Under the pieces are notes generated by a model that made no database searches, was not told the origin of the DNA, and saw only the letters and a list, made by a program, of their open reading frames with translations. From Prochlorococcus sp. HOT208_60m_813B04 (GTDB taxonomy: Bacteria > Cyanobacteriota > Cyanobacteriia > PCC-6307 > Cyanobiaceae): DNA of 64,000 nucleotides. The position numbers and the translations under genes were made by a program. Shown piece after piece: positions 33,378-44,909 of the stretch. The number at the start of each line of letters is the position of its first letter. Position 1 is the first letter of the stretch. The stretch lies in contig MWOU01000110.1 in the NCBI GenBank assembly GCA_002025975.1, positions 312-64,311 on the forward strand, given 5' to 3'.

Positions 33378-34364
33378 ATGGCAAAAATTTATGAGGACAA
33401 CAGTTTTGCTATTGGAAACACTCCATTAGTAAAATTAAAATCAGTTACTAAAAACGCGAAAGCTACAGTACTTGCAAAAATTGAAGGTAGAAATCCCGCT
33501 TATAGTGTCAAATGTAGGATTGGCGCAAACATGATATGGGATGCCGAGAAAAGTGGGAAACTTACAAAAGACAAAACTATTGTTGAGCCAACTTCTGGAA
33601 ATACAGGAATTGCTCTAGCTTTTACTGCTTCAGCAAGAGGTTATAAACTGATCCTTACAATGCCAGAATCCATGTCAATTGAAAGAAGAAGGGTTATGGC
33701 AGTGTTGGGTGCTGAAATTGTTTTAACAGAGGCATCTAAAGGTATGCCTGGAGCAATAGCTAAGGCTAAAGAAATTGCAGAAAGTAATCCTTCTCAATAT
33801 TTCATGCCAGGTCAATTTGATAATCCAGCAAACCCTGAAATTCATTTCAAAACTACTGGACCAGAAATCTGGGATGATTGCGATGGTGAAATTGATGTCC
33901 TAGTTGCAGGGGTTGGAACTGGCGGCACAATCACAGGAGTTTCAAGATACATCAAGCAAGAGAAGGGCAAGAATATTACCTCTGTAGCTGTAGAACCATC
34001 ACACAGTCCAGTTATTACACAGACAATGAATGGAGAAGAGGTTAAATCCGGACCACATAAAATCCAAGGAATTGGAGCAGGATTTATTCCTAAGAACCTT
34101 GACTTATCAATTGTTGATAAGGTCGAACAAGTAACAAATGACGAATCAATTGAGATGGCTCTTAGGTTAGCTAAAGAGGAAGGTTTATTAGTAGGAATAT
34201 CTTGTGGGGCTGCTGCCGCTGCTGCTGTTAGATTAGCTGAACAAGATGAATATGCTGGGAAGACAATTGTAGTTGTTCTACCTGATTTAGCAGAGAGGTA
34301 TTTATCATCAATTATGTTTACTGAAGTTCCAAGCGGAATCATTCAAGAACCAGTCAAAGCCTAA
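33378..34364 (+). CDS. cysK: Cysteine synthase A
   Basis: [33 protein letters not shown]. Confidence 0.96.
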   Translation: MAKIYEDNSFAIGNTPLVKLKSVTKNAKATVLAKIEGRNPAYSVKCRIGANMIWDAEKSGKLTKDKTIVEPTSGNTGIALAFTASARGYKLILTMPESMSIERRRVMAVLGAEIVLTEASKGMPGAIAKAKEIAESNPSQYFMPGQFDNPANPEIHFKTTGPEIWDDCDGEIDVLVAGVGTGGTITGVSRYIKQEKGKNITSVAVEPSHSPVITQTMNGEEVKSGPHKIQGIGAGFIPKNLDLSIVDKVEQVTNDESIEMALRLAKEEGLLVGISCGAAAAAAVRLAEQDEYAGKTIVVVLPDLAERYLSSIMFTEVPSGIIQEPVKA

Positions 34365-34366
34365 AT

Positions 34367-35491
34367 TTATTTTTTCTCCAGTAGTGAATCTGGTGAAATA
34401 TACATCGCATCGCCATAAGAGAAGAATCTAAATTTTTCTTTTATGGCTTTTTTATACAGATCTAATAATCTTTCTCTACCAATCATTGCACTTACTAAAA
34501 GTAATAATGAACTTTTAGGTAGATGAAAATTAGTTAATAATCCATCAACTACCTTAAATTTATAACCTGGCTTAATTACTAAATCTACGTATTTAGCTAT
34601 GGGAATAAAGTCGTTAATTTCGTGAGAATAACAACTTTCAAGAGCTCTTACGCTAGTTGTACCAATAGCAATTATTTTTCTATCTGTTTTCTTTATTCTT
34701 TTTATTTCCTCCACTACTTCCTTATTCACACTTACCCATTCTTTGTGAAGTTTTAAGTTACTTAAATCTTCTTGATCAATTGGTTTGAATGTTCCATAAC
34801 CCACGTGCAAAGTTATCGGTAAGATTATTACGCCTTTTTTTTTTAGATTAGAAATAAGACTTTTGCTTAAGTGTAAACCAGCTGTTGGTGCAGCAACTGC
34901 CCCCGGATTTGTTGCATACTCAGTTTGATAACTTTTCTCATGAAAAGATTCTTCTTCGGAATTTTTTATATAAGGAGGAAGAGGGATTTCCCCGTATTTA
35001 TCAAGAAGTTCATTCATTGAATTGAGACAAGTTATATTTTCCGGAAATTTAATAAATCTCCCTCCAGTTTCTTCATCAACTCCATCAACAATCAAATTAA
35101 TATCTTGTGCTAATAAAGATTTTAATTTTAATTTTCTATTTATTTTTAACTTTTTTGCTGGCTTTGCCAAACATAACCAAACACTTTCATAGGTTCTTTC
35201 TAAAACTAATAATTCGACTAATGTCTTATTTTCTAATTCAACCTTTAACCTAGCTTTCATAACTTTAGTATTATTTACAATTACAAGATCCCCTTCTCTA
35301 AATTCATCTAAAAGATTCTTGGTAAATTTATTAGTTAAACAGTCTTCTTCTAAAAAACTATTTCTAACTATCATCAATCTTGATTCATGCCTAATTGCAG
35401 AAGGTTTACTAGCAATTAATGAAGGATCAAGTAAATAATCATAAGCTTCAAGCTTATAATCTCTTTCTTCATTATTAATTTGAGAAATCAA
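34367..35491 (-). CDS. queA: SAM:tRNA ribosyltransferase-isomerase
   Basis: PLPPYI, GAVAAPTAGLH, LHVGYGTF, TNFHLPKS, FRFFSYGDAM. Confidence 0.96.
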   Translation of the reverse strand: MISQINNEERDYKLEAYDYLLDPSLIASKPSAIRHESRLMIVRNSFLEEDCLTNKFTKNLLDEFREGDLVIVNNTKVMKARLKVELENKTLVELLVLERTYESVWLCLAKPAKKLKINRKLKLKSLLAQDINLIVDGVDEETGGRFIKFPENITCLNSMNELLDKYGEIPLPPYIKNSEEESFHEKSYQTEYATNPGAVAAPTAGLHLSKSLISNLKKKGVIILPITLHVGYGTFKPIDQEDLSNLKLHKEWVSVNKEVVEEIKRIKKTDRKIIAIGTTSVRALESCYSHEINDFIPIAKYVDLVIKPGYKFKVVDGLLTNFHLPKSSLLLLVSAMIGRERLLDLYKKAIKEKFRFFSYGDAMYISPDSLLEKK

Positions 35492-35497
35492 TTAAAT

Positions 35498-36865
35498 TTA
35501 GGAGACAAGAGTCTCTGGCTCATCTTCAATTAGGGAAGCCAAGTCTTTTAAGAATGAAGCTCCATCAGCTCCATAGATCACTCTATGATCAGCTGTTAGA
35601 TTTACTTGCATTATTTTTTTAACAGATATTGAACCATCACTATTAGCAACAACGGTTGGTTTCGATGATGCTATGGCTAAAATAGCACCGGTACCTGGAG
35701 GAAGAATTGCGTCAAATCTATCAACTCCAAACATCCCAAGGTTAGATAAAGTGAAGGTTCCCGTTGAGTATTCATCAGGTTCTAATTGTTTTGATCTTGA
35801 TCTTTTTACGAGATCTTTCCATTCCCTAGACAATTCAAATAAATCAGTATTGCATGGTTCTTTTAAAACTGGAGTTATTAGTCCACCATCTTCCATCGCA
35901 ACAGCAACAGCAATATTTATATTTTCTGGATAAGAAATTCCATTCTCTGAAAAACTTGAGTTAACTTGAGGATGTTTCTTTAGTGTCTTTGCAACTGCCT
36001 TCACTAATAAAGCAGTCATAGTAACTCCGTTCTGTTTTACTTTTTTATAGAAATTATCTAATTTATCTGTGTTAATGGAATAACCCACCCTAAAACATGG
36101 CACATCTAAACTAGATTCCATATTTTTATTTACCGCTTTTTGAAGAGTATTAAATTGAACTGTTTCTCCGGGATATCCAAAACTATTTCCTGAAGTTTCT
36201 GGTTTACTTTCAACTCCCAAATTTGCACCAGGTATACTTGCAGGAGAACCACCTTCACCTATCCATGGTATAGAGACTGGTTGGCCATTAGCTTTTAAAA
36301 TATCATCGGCTTGAATCCTTCCGTGAGGTCCGGATCCATGAACCTTTGCTAAATCAACACCCATTTGAGAGGCAAGTTTTTTAGCTCTTGGAGATGCAAT
36401 CACCCTCGAAGAAACATTACTCGTAGCAGCATTTATTTGATCACTATTAAAAGATGAGGCAGCCTTTTCACTCATTAATACGACTTCTTTTTCTTGTTTT
36501 TCAACAATTTCACTTTGAACCACAGGTTTTTCTTCATTTTTATTGCTTACCAATTCAAGTTGATCCGAACTAGAAACTTCGGTTTGATTTCCTTTATTTT
36601 GTTCTTGAACAGAAGCTATCTCATCCTCATTTTCTACAATAAGACCGATAGTTTCTCCTACTGGTGCAGTGCTGCCAGCAGGCATTAAAACAGCCGCAAG
36701 ATATCCATCTTGAAAAGATTCAACATCCATATCTGCCTTGTCAGATTCAACAACCAAGACAGATTCACCTCTTTCAACTTTATCTCCTGGATTTTTCAAC
36801 CATTCCACAATCTTGCCCTCCGTCATAGTAGAACTCAAGGCAGGCATGAATATTTCGTGAGACAT
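35498..36865 (-). CDS. pdhC: Pyruvate dehydrogenase E2
   Basis: Lipoyl VESDKADMD, ASPRAKKLA, DHRVIYGAD. Confidence 0.95.
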   Translation of the reverse strand: MSHEIFMPALSSTMTEGKIVEWLKNPGDKVERGESVLVVESDKADMDVESFQDGYLAAVLMPAGSTAPVGETIGLIVENEDEIASVQEQNKGNQTEVSSSDQLELVSNKNEEKPVVQSEIVEKQEKEVVLMSEKAASSFNSDQINAATSNVSSRVIASPRAKKLASQMGVDLAKVHGSGPHGRIQADDILKANGQPVSIPWIGEGGSPASIPGANLGVESKPETSGNSFGYPGETVQFNTLQKAVNKNMESSLDVPCFRVGYSINTDKLDNFYKKVKQNGVTMTALLVKAVAKTLKKHPQVNSSFSENGISYPENINIAVAVAMEDGGLITPVLKEPCNTDLFELSREWKDLVKRSRSKQLEPDEYSTGTFTLSNLGMFGVDRFDAILPPGTGAILAIASSKPTVVANSDGSISVKKIMQVNLTADHRVIYGADGASFLKDLASLIEDEPETLVS

Positions 36866-37083
36866 AAGAAAATTGTTATTGCATAAGTTTCAAGGGATTT
36901 CTACCAAACTTCCTAAAGTTTTTATGGTTAAGATCCCTTTAAACTCTTGTTTTAATTATACGAAATCATGTTCACAGTGGGAACTCTTAAAACTTAAGAA
37001 AGTAATAATTTAGATCGATTAGAATTTAAAACTTTTCGAAATTAAGATTTACTTATGTTTATCAAAAATACTAAATCTTCTCT

Positions 37084-37527
37084 TTAATTATTGTCTATAG
37101 ATTGAATAACTCCATCCTTAACCGTAATCGATACTTGCATTTTTTCAATAAGATTGTCTCCCACAGTGACATCACAGAAACTATCCACTTGCCCTTGATC
37201 AACAATTTCGTCCATTTTTAATTCGCGAACTTGGCTCTGTTGTTGAAGAAGATTTCTTTTTTGTTCTTCAATTTCATTTCGTTTTGCTGCGACTTGTTGT
37301 TGCACCTGACTAACCTGTTCTTGAACCCTTGGATCTAGGGGATTAACCGATTGGGATCTAATATTATTTACTATTTGCTGCCCCTCTTGCTCCAGTTGCG
37401 ATAATTGCTGATCAATGTTTGAAATTGCTTTACTTAATTCTTTTTCAGCATCGTCCTTCCAAGTTGGTGTAACTACAGCTTTAATAGCTATTGAGCGCTT
37501 TATAGATATTGAGTTTTTTGTTTCCAT
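37084..37527 (-). CDS. YlqD family protein
   Basis: IKRSIAIKAVVTPTWK...coiled coil...VGDNL...VKDGVI. Confidence 0.8.
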   Translation of the reverse strand: METKNSISIKRSIAIKAVVTPTWKDDAEKELSKAISNIDQQLSQLEQEGQQIVNNIRSQSVNPLDPRVQEQVSQVQQQVAAKRNEIEEQKRNLLQQQSQVRELKMDEIVDQGQVDSFCDVTVGDNLIEKMQVSITVKDGVIQSIDNN

Positions 37528-37565
37528 AAAAAATTAAATTACCTTTTCAATATAGATAGAACAAA

Positions 37566-39509
37566 TCAAATTTTCTTACTAAATTTGTTTTCATACATAT
37601 TTTCTATTTGTAAGGAATACTTTTTTTCTATTGCTTTTCTTTTTTGTTTGAGAGTTTGTGTTAATAACCCATTTTCTAGAGTAAAGGCATCAACAAAATA
37701 ACAATCTAATATCTGTTCTTCTGATCTTGCTCCTAATCGACTTTTAAGCAAATTATTAATTTGTGATTTGAAAAATGTACCAATTTTCTTATTCAGGTTT
37801 AATTTTGAAAGGTCTTCTTCCAAAAACTTGCTTTTAACCAATTCGACATTAGGAACTACAAGGGCTGTTAAACATTTCTTATCTTGTCCTACTAATTGAA
37901 TCTGATTAATAAATTCAGAACTAAGAATTTCAGTCTCTAGCGGATTCGGTTCTATATTTTCACCACTTGATAGCACTATTGTATCCTTGGCTCTTCCTGT
38001 TATAAAGAGAGAACCATTTGGTATTAGAAAACCTAAATCACCAGTATCAAACCAACCATCCTTGGATAAAACATCATTTGTAGCTATTTCATTATCAAGA
38101 TAACCTTTCATTACTTGCGGCCCCCTAACAAGAATTTTCCCGACTTCTCTGAACTTCAGAATCTTTTTTTTATCATCATTCACTATTTTGATTTCAGTAA
38201 ATGAAAGAGGCTGCCCAGATGATCCTCTAACATTTAATTCTCTTCTCCTACAAGTTAATACTGGACTAGTTTCTGTGAGTCCATATCCCACCAAAACATC
38301 TACACCTAAAGATTCAAAAAAAAGATCTACATGTTCTGGCAATGCACCTCCACCATTAATAGGAAATTTCAGTTTTTCTCCACACAGTTGTTTCAGAATA
38401 TTCGGCCATAAAAAAATAGTAGACAATTTATGTAAAGGATATCGGCTAATAACAGAACCCAGTAAGGGGATTTTTGATTTAAAAGTTATTGGATTTATAT
38501 CTATATTTCTTATCTTTCTAAGACTTCTTTTAAAAACCGAACTATTACTTATCAAAAACTTAATAAGTTTTTGCTTTTTGGAAGGCATTTTTTTCAAAGC
38601 CTGAAAAAAACCATCATGTATTGCTTCCCATAGTCTCGGTACAGTAGCCATGACAACAGGTTTTATTTGTGTAATATCATCTTTAAGAAATTTTGGAATT
38701 GTATAGTATTGAGAACAACCGCATGAAAAAAAGAAGTATTCAGCACTTCTCTCATAAGAATGCCAGATAGGCAAAACGCTTAATACAGAGGTTCCTGGTT
38801 CTGGATCAGCGATATAGGCTAAATTGATTATTTGATGTAAAAAATTTGCATGAGTCAAAGGCACACCTTTAGGTTTTCCGGTCGTCCCAGAGGTGTAAAG
38901 AATAGTAGCGACGTCATCAATTTCTGGATTAAATTTTTCAAGATTATTATTTTGTGATTTTTCTTTTTTTACTGAACTTATGAATGTGCTCCAACTTATT
39001 AAACTTTCAAATTGTTCATCTTCTAAATTGATTATAAATTTCAGTCTTTTTTTTAATTCTTCTTTGTTGTTTAACTTTAGCCAAATTTCCTTAGATTGAA
39101 CTATCAGTCCTACTGAATTAGAGTGCTCAATAATATACTCTAATTCTACTGAAGGAGAATTAATACCTCTCACGGCATTTATAGCTCCTAAGCGCATTAA
39201 GCCTTGATCTACTGCTAGCCATCTTGGAGAATTTTCAGATATTACAGTAACTACATCCCCCTTTTTTAAACCATAATTTTCAAAAGAAAAAGAGACTTTT
39301 GTTATTAAATCAGCCAGCTCAGAATAAGAAAATTTTTCTTTGTATTTCCCTCTCAAATCGCAAACAGCTAAAACATCACCACATTTAAATTTTAATTTTT
39401 CCCAAATTTGATCTACATGATCAAGGTTCTTAATAAAATCTCTATTTTTGGCAAATTTATTTTTTTTAGAAAGAGGTTTGGCTGCAGGCCAATACGCTAA
39501 ATCACCCAT
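37566..39509 (-). CDS. Long-chain acyl-ACP/CoA synthetase (Aas/FadD-like)
   Basis: YTSGTTGKPKG, GYGLTETSP, FDTGDLG, GRAKD. Confidence 0.9.
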   Translation of the reverse strand: MGDLAYWPAAKPLSKKNKFAKNRDFIKNLDHVDQIWEKLKFKCGDVLAVCDLRGKYKEKFSYSELADLITKVSFSFENYGLKKGDVVTVISENSPRWLAVDQGLMRLGAINAVRGINSPSVELEYIIEHSNSVGLIVQSKEIWLKLNNKEELKKRLKFIINLEDEQFESLISWSTFISSVKKEKSQNNNLEKFNPEIDDVATILYTSGTTGKPKGVPLTHANFLHQIINLAYIADPEPGTSVLSVLPIWHSYERSAEYFFFSCGCSQYYTIPKFLKDDITQIKPVVMATVPRLWEAIHDGFFQALKKMPSKKQKLIKFLISNSSVFKRSLRKIRNIDINPITFKSKIPLLGSVISRYPLHKLSTIFLWPNILKQLCGEKLKFPINGGGALPEHVDLFFESLGVDVLVGYGLTETSPVLTCRRRELNVRGSSGQPLSFTEIKIVNDDKKKILKFREVGKILVRGPQVMKGYLDNEIATNDVLSKDGWFDTGDLGFLIPNGSLFITGRAKDTIVLSSGENIEPNPLETEILSSEFINQIQLVGQDKKCLTALVVPNVELVKSKFLEEDLSKLNLNKKIGTFFKSQINNLLKSRLGARSEEQILDCYFVDAFTLENGLLTQTLKQKRKAIEKKYSLQIENMYENKFSKKI

Positions 39510-39535
39510 ATTAAATTGTTTTGAAATTTTAATTT

Positions 39536-40186
39536 CTATTTTGATATAAAATCAAAATTAAATTCTTCCTCGATGGTTTTTTTAACAATTCTCTTGACTT
39601 CTTGAATATTTAAATTTTTGTTGTAATCAATCATATTTGCCATAATACAATTTTCTATTCCGCAAGGAACAATCTTTTTAAAGTTTTCTAATTCGCAGTC
39701 AATATTGATTGAAAATCCATTTATCGTAATCCATCTTTTACACCCAATTCCAATTGATGCGATTTTCTTATTTCCTATCCAAACGCCAGTAAACCCTTTT
39801 CTAGGGTGACAATCTATATTAAAAGCTCCAAGAATTTTTATAATGATTTCTTCAATTTTTCTTAAGTACCAATTTAAATCTTTATTAAAATTTTTCAAAT
39901 CTAAAACCAAATACGTTACTAATTGTCCTGGCATATGACAAGTTACCTCACCACCTCTATCAATCTTAAAAACATCATAATTAGCATCATTCAAAGAAAA
40001 TAGTAAATTATCGTTATTAGATCCTCTCCCCAATGTATAACAGAGCTGATGCTCCCCTATCCAAATAAAATCAGGGTTAGAATTATCTAAAATCAATGCC
40101 TCCTGATATTCTTTTTGTAATTTATAAACATCATTAAAAGAAGAAATATTATCAGGTTGTTTAATTATTGCTGTTCTATTATCCAT
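39536..40186 (-). CDS. lipB: Octanoyltransferase
   Basis: [34 protein letters not shown]. Confidence 0.93.
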   Translation of the reverse strand: MDNRTAIIKQPDNISSFNDVYKLQKEYQEALILDNSNPDFIWIGEHQLCYTLGRGSNNDNLLFSLNDANYDVFKIDRGGEVTCHMPGQLVTYLVLDLKNFNKDLNWYLRKIEEIIIKILGAFNIDCHPRKGFTGVWIGNKKIASIGIGCKRWITINGFSINIDCELENFKKIVPCGIENCIMANMIDYNKNLNIQEVKRIVKKTIEEEFNFDFISK

Positions 40187-40230
40187 ATTTAAGTAGATTT
40201 AGATAGTAAGTAAATATTTTTAGATTTGTT

Positions 40231-40815
40231 ATGAAAATTTTAATCCATGGAAAGAATCTTGAGCTCACTGGAGCATTAAAAGAATATACTGAGGCAAAGA
40301 TAGAAAAAGCAACACATCACTATAAGGATATCGTTAAAGAAGCTGACATACACCTTTCAATTGAAAAGAATCCAAGAGTCTCGTTCCAAACTGCAGAAGT
40401 TACTATTTTTGCAAATGGTATCGTAATTAGAGCTGAAGAAAAAACTGAAAATCTATACTCAAGCATTGATTTAGTTTCAAATAAACTTTGTAGAAAATTA
40501 CGCAAATACAAAGAAAGAAACAATAAAACAATACATAAAAAACAATTTAAAAATAAAGATTCTTTACCAATTGAAAGTATGGAATCAAATTTTTTAGATA
40601 AAGCTTTATTTAAAGAAGGAACTGAAGCAAGTCTGCCTGAGCCATCTATAAAAAATAAATACTTTGAAATGACTCCAATTTCATCAGACGAAGCGAGAAA
40701 ACAATTAGATCTAATTGATCATGATTTTTATGTTTTTCGAAACAAGAAAAATAATGAACTTCAAGTTATATATAAAAGGAATCATGGAGGTTATGGACTG
40801 ATTCAATCTAAATAA
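40231..40815 (+). CDS. hpf: Ribosome hibernation factor (long HPF/LrtA)
   Basis: IHGKNLELT...LYSSIDLV..KL.RKLRKYKE; HDFYVF...YKR..GGYGLI. Confidence 0.9.
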   Translation: MKILIHGKNLELTGALKEYTEAKIEKATHHYKDIVKEADIHLSIEKNPRVSFQTAEVTIFANGIVIRAEEKTENLYSSIDLVSNKLCRKLRKYKERNNKTIHKKQFKNKDSLPIESMESNFLDKALFKEGTEASLPEPSIKNKYFEMTPISSDEARKQLDLIDHDFYVFRNKKNNELQVIYKRNHGGYGLIQSK

Positions 40816-40822
40816 GTTTTAA

Positions 40823-41482
40823 ATGCCCAATATTGAATATGAATTAAACGAGAAAATTCATGCGATTATTATTAACCCTTATTTATCGTGGGAAGATTTC
40901 TGTATGAATTGCGATTTAATAAGAAAATACAATATCAAAAATATTTCTACTTCACTAAATTATCTAACTGATCTTAAAAACTGTTTGGGTAAGTACAGTG
41001 CGGATATAAACGCACTTATTTCTTACCCTTTAGCAGATTTACCAGTTTCATTTATTGAAGAATTAGTTTGTTTTGCAAAAGATAAGGGTGCAAAAGGAAT
41101 TGAGTATATCCCAAACTTTATCAATTTATCCAAAAGAAATTTAGAAACTTTCGCTGCTGAAATTGAGCAAGTTAAATTATCTGGATTACCAGTTTCAATA
41201 ATCATAAATAAATCAAAACTACAAGAAGAAGTGTTTATTAATGCGATACACATATGTTTGGAATTAGGAATAAAAAATTTTCAATTCGGAGACGGGTTTG
41301 GATCTCCTCTTAAATTTAATGATGTCCCCGAAATACTAAAAATAACAGGCTCTCAAAATCAAATCAAAGTTGTAGGTGGCATAAAAAAACTTACGCAAGT
41401 AATTGAGTTGTTTGATATTGGAATTAGTTGCGTGGGAACTTCCAATTTTTGTGAAATTTTTGAAGAAGTTAACGTAATTTAA
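40823..41482 (+). CDS. deoC: Deoxyribose-phosphate aldolase-like protein, degenerate active site
   Basis: DERA-like layout ISYPLA, GAKGIEY, FQFGDGFG, IKVVGGIK, VGTS; lies between hpf and recO. Confidence 0.65.
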   Translation: MPNIEYELNEKIHAIIINPYLSWEDFCMNCDLIRKYNIKNISTSLNYLTDLKNCLGKYSADINALISYPLADLPVSFIEELVCFAKDKGAKGIEYIPNFINLSKRNLETFAAEIEQVKLSGLPVSIIINKSKLQEEVFINAIHICLELGIKNFQFGDGFGSPLKFNDVPEILKITGSQNQIKVVGGIKKLTQVIELFDIGISCVGTSNFCEIFEEVNVI

Positions 41483-42268
41483 ATGTCTGGTTCTGGTGAG
41501 TGCAGACTAAAAGGTCTCTGTATTAAAGCTTCTCCATTAGGCGAGAATGATAGATTAATAACTATACTTACCGATGAGCAAGGGATTGTTAGATTAGCGG
41601 TACCTGGTGCTAGGCGTCCTAAAAGCAGTCTTGCCGCAGCTACTCCTTTAACATATTTAAGTTTGCAGATTTTTGGGAAAAGAAATCTTAAATCTGTACG
41701 TCAAATTAAAATATTAAAAAGCTATTCTGGTCTAGGAAAAAATATTGAATGTCTTGCAGCCGCGCAAGCAATTACTGAATTAACATTTTTATTAGTAGGT
41801 AATAATGACAAGCAACAAGACTATTTATCTTGCGTTCTTGCACATCTTGATAGGATTTATTTATTTAAAGAGTCTCAAGAAGAAGATATTAAAATGCTCT
41901 CAATCAGTATTCAATCTTTAATCCATCTATTAGCCATCGGGGGTATTAATTTACCAATTCATCATTGTTGTAAAACTGGAGAACCTATTATTCCACCAAT
42001 AGGAAATTGGGAATGGAGTTGTTATTTTTTACCAAGTGAAGGGTTTTCATCCATAGAAGATCCTCAAAGTAATCTAAAAATAAATGCATCTGAAGTTGCT
42101 CTATTACAGAGACTTCTTTTCCCAGAATTACCAATAAAATCTAATGGAGAGTTGTTGGGTCCCAAAAAAGTCTGGCTTAAAATATTATTCATTATTGAGA
42201 CATGGATCTCTACTCAATTAGAGAAGGAGCTATCTTCACTAAAAATGTTGAGAGAAATATATAGTTAG
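41483..42268 (+). CDS. recO: DNA repair protein RecO
   Basis: LGENDRLITILT..QG...AVPGARRPKS. Confidence 0.9.
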   Translation: MSGSGECRLKGLCIKASPLGENDRLITILTDEQGIVRLAVPGARRPKSSLAAATPLTYLSLQIFGKRNLKSVRQIKILKSYSGLGKNIECLAAAQAITELTFLLVGNNDKQQDYLSCVLAHLDRIYLFKESQEEDIKMLSISIQSLIHLLAIGGINLPIHHCCKTGEPIIPPIGNWEWSCYFLPSEGFSSIEDPQSNLKINASEVALLQRLLFPELPIKSNGELLGPKKVWLKILFIIETWISTQLEKELSSLKMLREIYS

Positions 42269-42350
42269 CTTTTCATGAAGCATAAAAAATTAAAAAATAT
42301 GATCATGGCACCTTTGCCTGTTAACTTAATAAATAGTTAATTCAATAAAT

Positions 42351-43508
42351 GTGGTTCATATTGCCTGGTTGGGGAAAAAATCCCCTTTTTGTGGAAATGT
42401 AACTTACGGTAATTCAACTACTCAGGAATTAAAGGCCAGAGGGCATAAAATTAGTTTTATTCATTTCGACAATCCCTCTAGTTCAAATTCATCAAAACCA
42501 TTATTTCTTGCAAATGATCCTGATGTAAGTCTCCCATATTTAATTAAATCTCAAGTTTATACAATACCCTCACCAAGGGCAGAAAAAGAGCTAAGGCTAT
42601 CATTGGAAAGATTAAAACCTGACATAGTACATGCAAGCCTAACTTTATCTCCTTTAGACTTTAGACTTCCAGAGCTTTGTAATGAAATTAATGTTCCTCT
42701 TATAGGAACATTTCATCCACCATTTGATGCAAAAAATAGAAATCTAACTGCGAGCACTCAACAATTAACATATCAACTTTATGCTCCCTCTTTAGCAAAG
42801 TTCGATAAAATAATTATTTTTTCTGAACCACAAAAAAATGTTCTTGAGAAATTAGGAGTACCAAAAGAAAAACAAATAATTATTCCAAATGGTGTTGACG
42901 AAAATATTTGGAAACCTTTTTGCAAAAAAAGTAAAAAATATGATCAGGTAAAAAACAAACTTGGAAATGAAAGAATCTTCTTATATATGGGAAGGATTGC
43001 AAATGAGAAAAATATCGAGGCACTTTTACGTTCTTGGCGCCAAACAAAAACTCAAAATTGCAAATTAGTTATTGTTGGGGATGGACCAATGAAGCCAACA
43101 CTTGAAAATAGTTTTTCTAACCTTGGTGATGAGAAATTAATTTGGTGGGGTGCCGAATTAGATTTAGAAACTAGGATAGCAATAATGCAAATAGCAGAAG
43201 TATTTTTTTTACCAAGCTTAGTAGAAGGTTTATCATTATCACTTTTAGAGGCAATGTCTGCTGGTACTGCTTGTGTAGCTACAGATGCCGGAGCTGATGG
43301 TGAAGTTTTAGATAACGGAGTAGGAATAGTAATTTCAACTGATAATGTAGCTGCACAATTAAAAACTATAATCCCAATTCTTATTGAGCACCCTTCATTT
43401 ACAAAAGATCTCGGGGAAAAAGCTAGAGAACGTATACTTAAGAGATACACAATTGCTAAAAATATAAATTCACTTGAAAAAGTTTATATGAACTTAAAAG
43501 ATAATTGA
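42351..43508 (+). CDS. Glycosyltransferase family 4
   Basis: IPNGVD, YMGRIANEKN, VGDGP, LPSLVEGLSLSLLEAMS. Confidence 0.9.
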   Translation: MVHIAWLGKKSPFCGNVTYGNSTTQELKARGHKISFIHFDNPSSSNSSKPLFLANDPDVSLPYLIKSQVYTIPSPRAEKELRLSLERLKPDIVHASLTLSPLDFRLPELCNEINVPLIGTFHPPFDAKNRNLTASTQQLTYQLYAPSLAKFDKIIIFSEPQKNVLEKLGVPKEKQIIIPNGVDENIWKPFCKKSKKYDQVKNKLGNERIFLYMGRIANEKNIEALLRSWRQTKTQNCKLVIVGDGPMKPTLENSFSNLGDEKLIWWGAELDLETRIAIMQIAEVFFLPSLVEGLSLSLLEAMSAGTACVATDAGADGEVLDNGVGIVISTDNVAAQLKTIIPILIEHPSFTKDLGEKARERILKRYTIAKNINSLEKVYMNLKDN

Positions 43509-43513
43509 AAAAC

Positions 43514-44326
43514 CTAACGAAACTCTTTACTTCGATTACAAGCTGATAGTATTGATTCCATTAATGCTGACCTTACACTCTTTTTTTCTAAAACCCTTAA
43601 AGCAGAAATAGTTGTTCCACCTGGAGAGGTTACTAAATTTTTAAGCTCAGAAGTAGTAAGTTTATTTTCCTTTATTAAACAAATAGTCCCTAGTATCATT
43701 TCCATTACAAGTTCCTCTGAAATTATTTTTGGTAATCCCCCACTTAATCCTCCATCACTTAATGCTTCTATAATTAAAGCAATAATTGCAGGACCTGATG
43801 AAGTTAAAGCTAAAAATATATCAAGGTAATCTTCAGGGAATTCATAAATTTTACTAGTATTCTCAAATAATTGTTTTGTGAATTGTCTCTGATCTTCTGT
43901 AATTTCTTCTCCCCAAGAAAGCCCTGTTAAACCTTTTCCAATAGTTATTGGAATATTTGTAACCACCCTCACACATTTATGATTAGGAAACTTTTGAGTA
44001 AGTCTATTTATTGAAACCCCGGCAAGAATTGAAACTATTAAATTATTCTTATTTTTTATATGATGGGCCTCACTTATATTATTTAATTGTTGGGGTTTTA
44101 TAGAAAGAAGTTTATATTGACAATCCCAAATTATTTTTGACTCTTCAGAACCTGATTTGTAAACATTTATTTTATGTTTATAATTTTTTTTTATGTTTTC
44201 TAAACTTTTTTCTGTATTTACAACACAAAAAACGTTCTCTGGCTGAATTAATTTGTTATCTAATAGAGGGGTAATTATAGCACTTGCAATATTTCCAAAA
44301 CCAATAATCGCAATTTTATCTGTCAC
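43514..44326 (-). CDS. proC: Pyrroline-5-carboxylate reductase
   Basis: IIGFGNIA, IKPQ, SILAG, SSGPA, VTSPGGTT. Confidence 0.93.
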   Translation of the reverse strand: MTDKIAIIGFGNIASAIITPLLDNKLIQPENVFCVVNTEKSLENIKKNYKHKINVYKSGSEESKIIWDCQYKLLSIKPQQLNNISEAHHIKNKNNLIVSILAGVSINRLTQKFPNHKCVRVVTNIPITIGKGLTGLSWGEEITEDQRQFTKQLFENTSKIYEFPEDYLDIFLALTSSGPAIIALIIEALSDGGLSGGLPKIISEELVMEMILGTICLIKENKLTTSELKNLVTSPGGTTISALRVLEKKSVRSALMESILSACNRSKEFR

Positions 44327-44333
44327 AGATTAA

Positions 44334-44909
44334 TCATGAATAAGCACTTAATTTAGAATTACCCCATGCTGGTTCAGGAGTAGTATTTTTGCCCAAACTA
44401 TATTGTGGTGTGTTTTCTGTAGACACAGAAGAAGGAGAAGCTTCTTCTGGGGAAGGACTAGTTACATTTACACAACTTGGAGCAAAAAGAAAAATACTTT
44501 CACCAACTCTCTCTTGATGTCCATCAATTGCATATGTTCCTCCGGCAATAAAATCAACCGCTCTTTGAGCTTGATCAGGATCCATCATAGTTAGATTTAG
44601 AATTACAGTTTTTCTCTCTCTTAATGCTTGTATAGCTTGAGGCATCTCATCAAAACTTCTTGGTTCCATTAAGCTTACTTCTGAGGATGAATTTGAGATT
44701 CCAGGCATACCAACTACCTTTGATGATCTATTGTTATTCATAAAATCGAATGGATTTGAATTCGCAAGGGCATTTGCATTGTTTGGATTTTGTCTGTGAT
44801 TATCAATATCATTTAATTCATCCTCTGATGCATAGTCCAAATCATCAAAATCATCATCGAGATACTCATCCCCTGCAACTACTGCCTTTAATCTAGAAAT
44901 AAGTGACAC
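44334..44909 (-). CDS. sepF: Cell division protein SepF
   Basis: EPRSFDE...VILNL...[11 protein letters not shown]...IFLFAP. Confidence 0.93.
   Translation of the reverse strand: MSLISRLKAVVAGDEYLDDDFDDLDYASEDELNDIDNHRQNPNNANALANSNPFDFMNNNRSSKVVGMPGISNSSSEVSLMEPRSFDEMPQAIQALRERKTVILNLTMMDPDQAQRAVDFIAGGTYAIDGHQERVGESIFLFAPSCVNVTSPSPEEASPSSVSTENTPQYSLGKNTTPEPAWGNSKLSAYS

Noticed and set aside
33842-34342. 166-aa antisense ORF in cysK, and similar ones inside topA, pdhC, the acyl synthetase, the glycosyltransferase, cobI and AIPR
   Set aside because: Nested opposite well-supported genes with no recognisable motifs.
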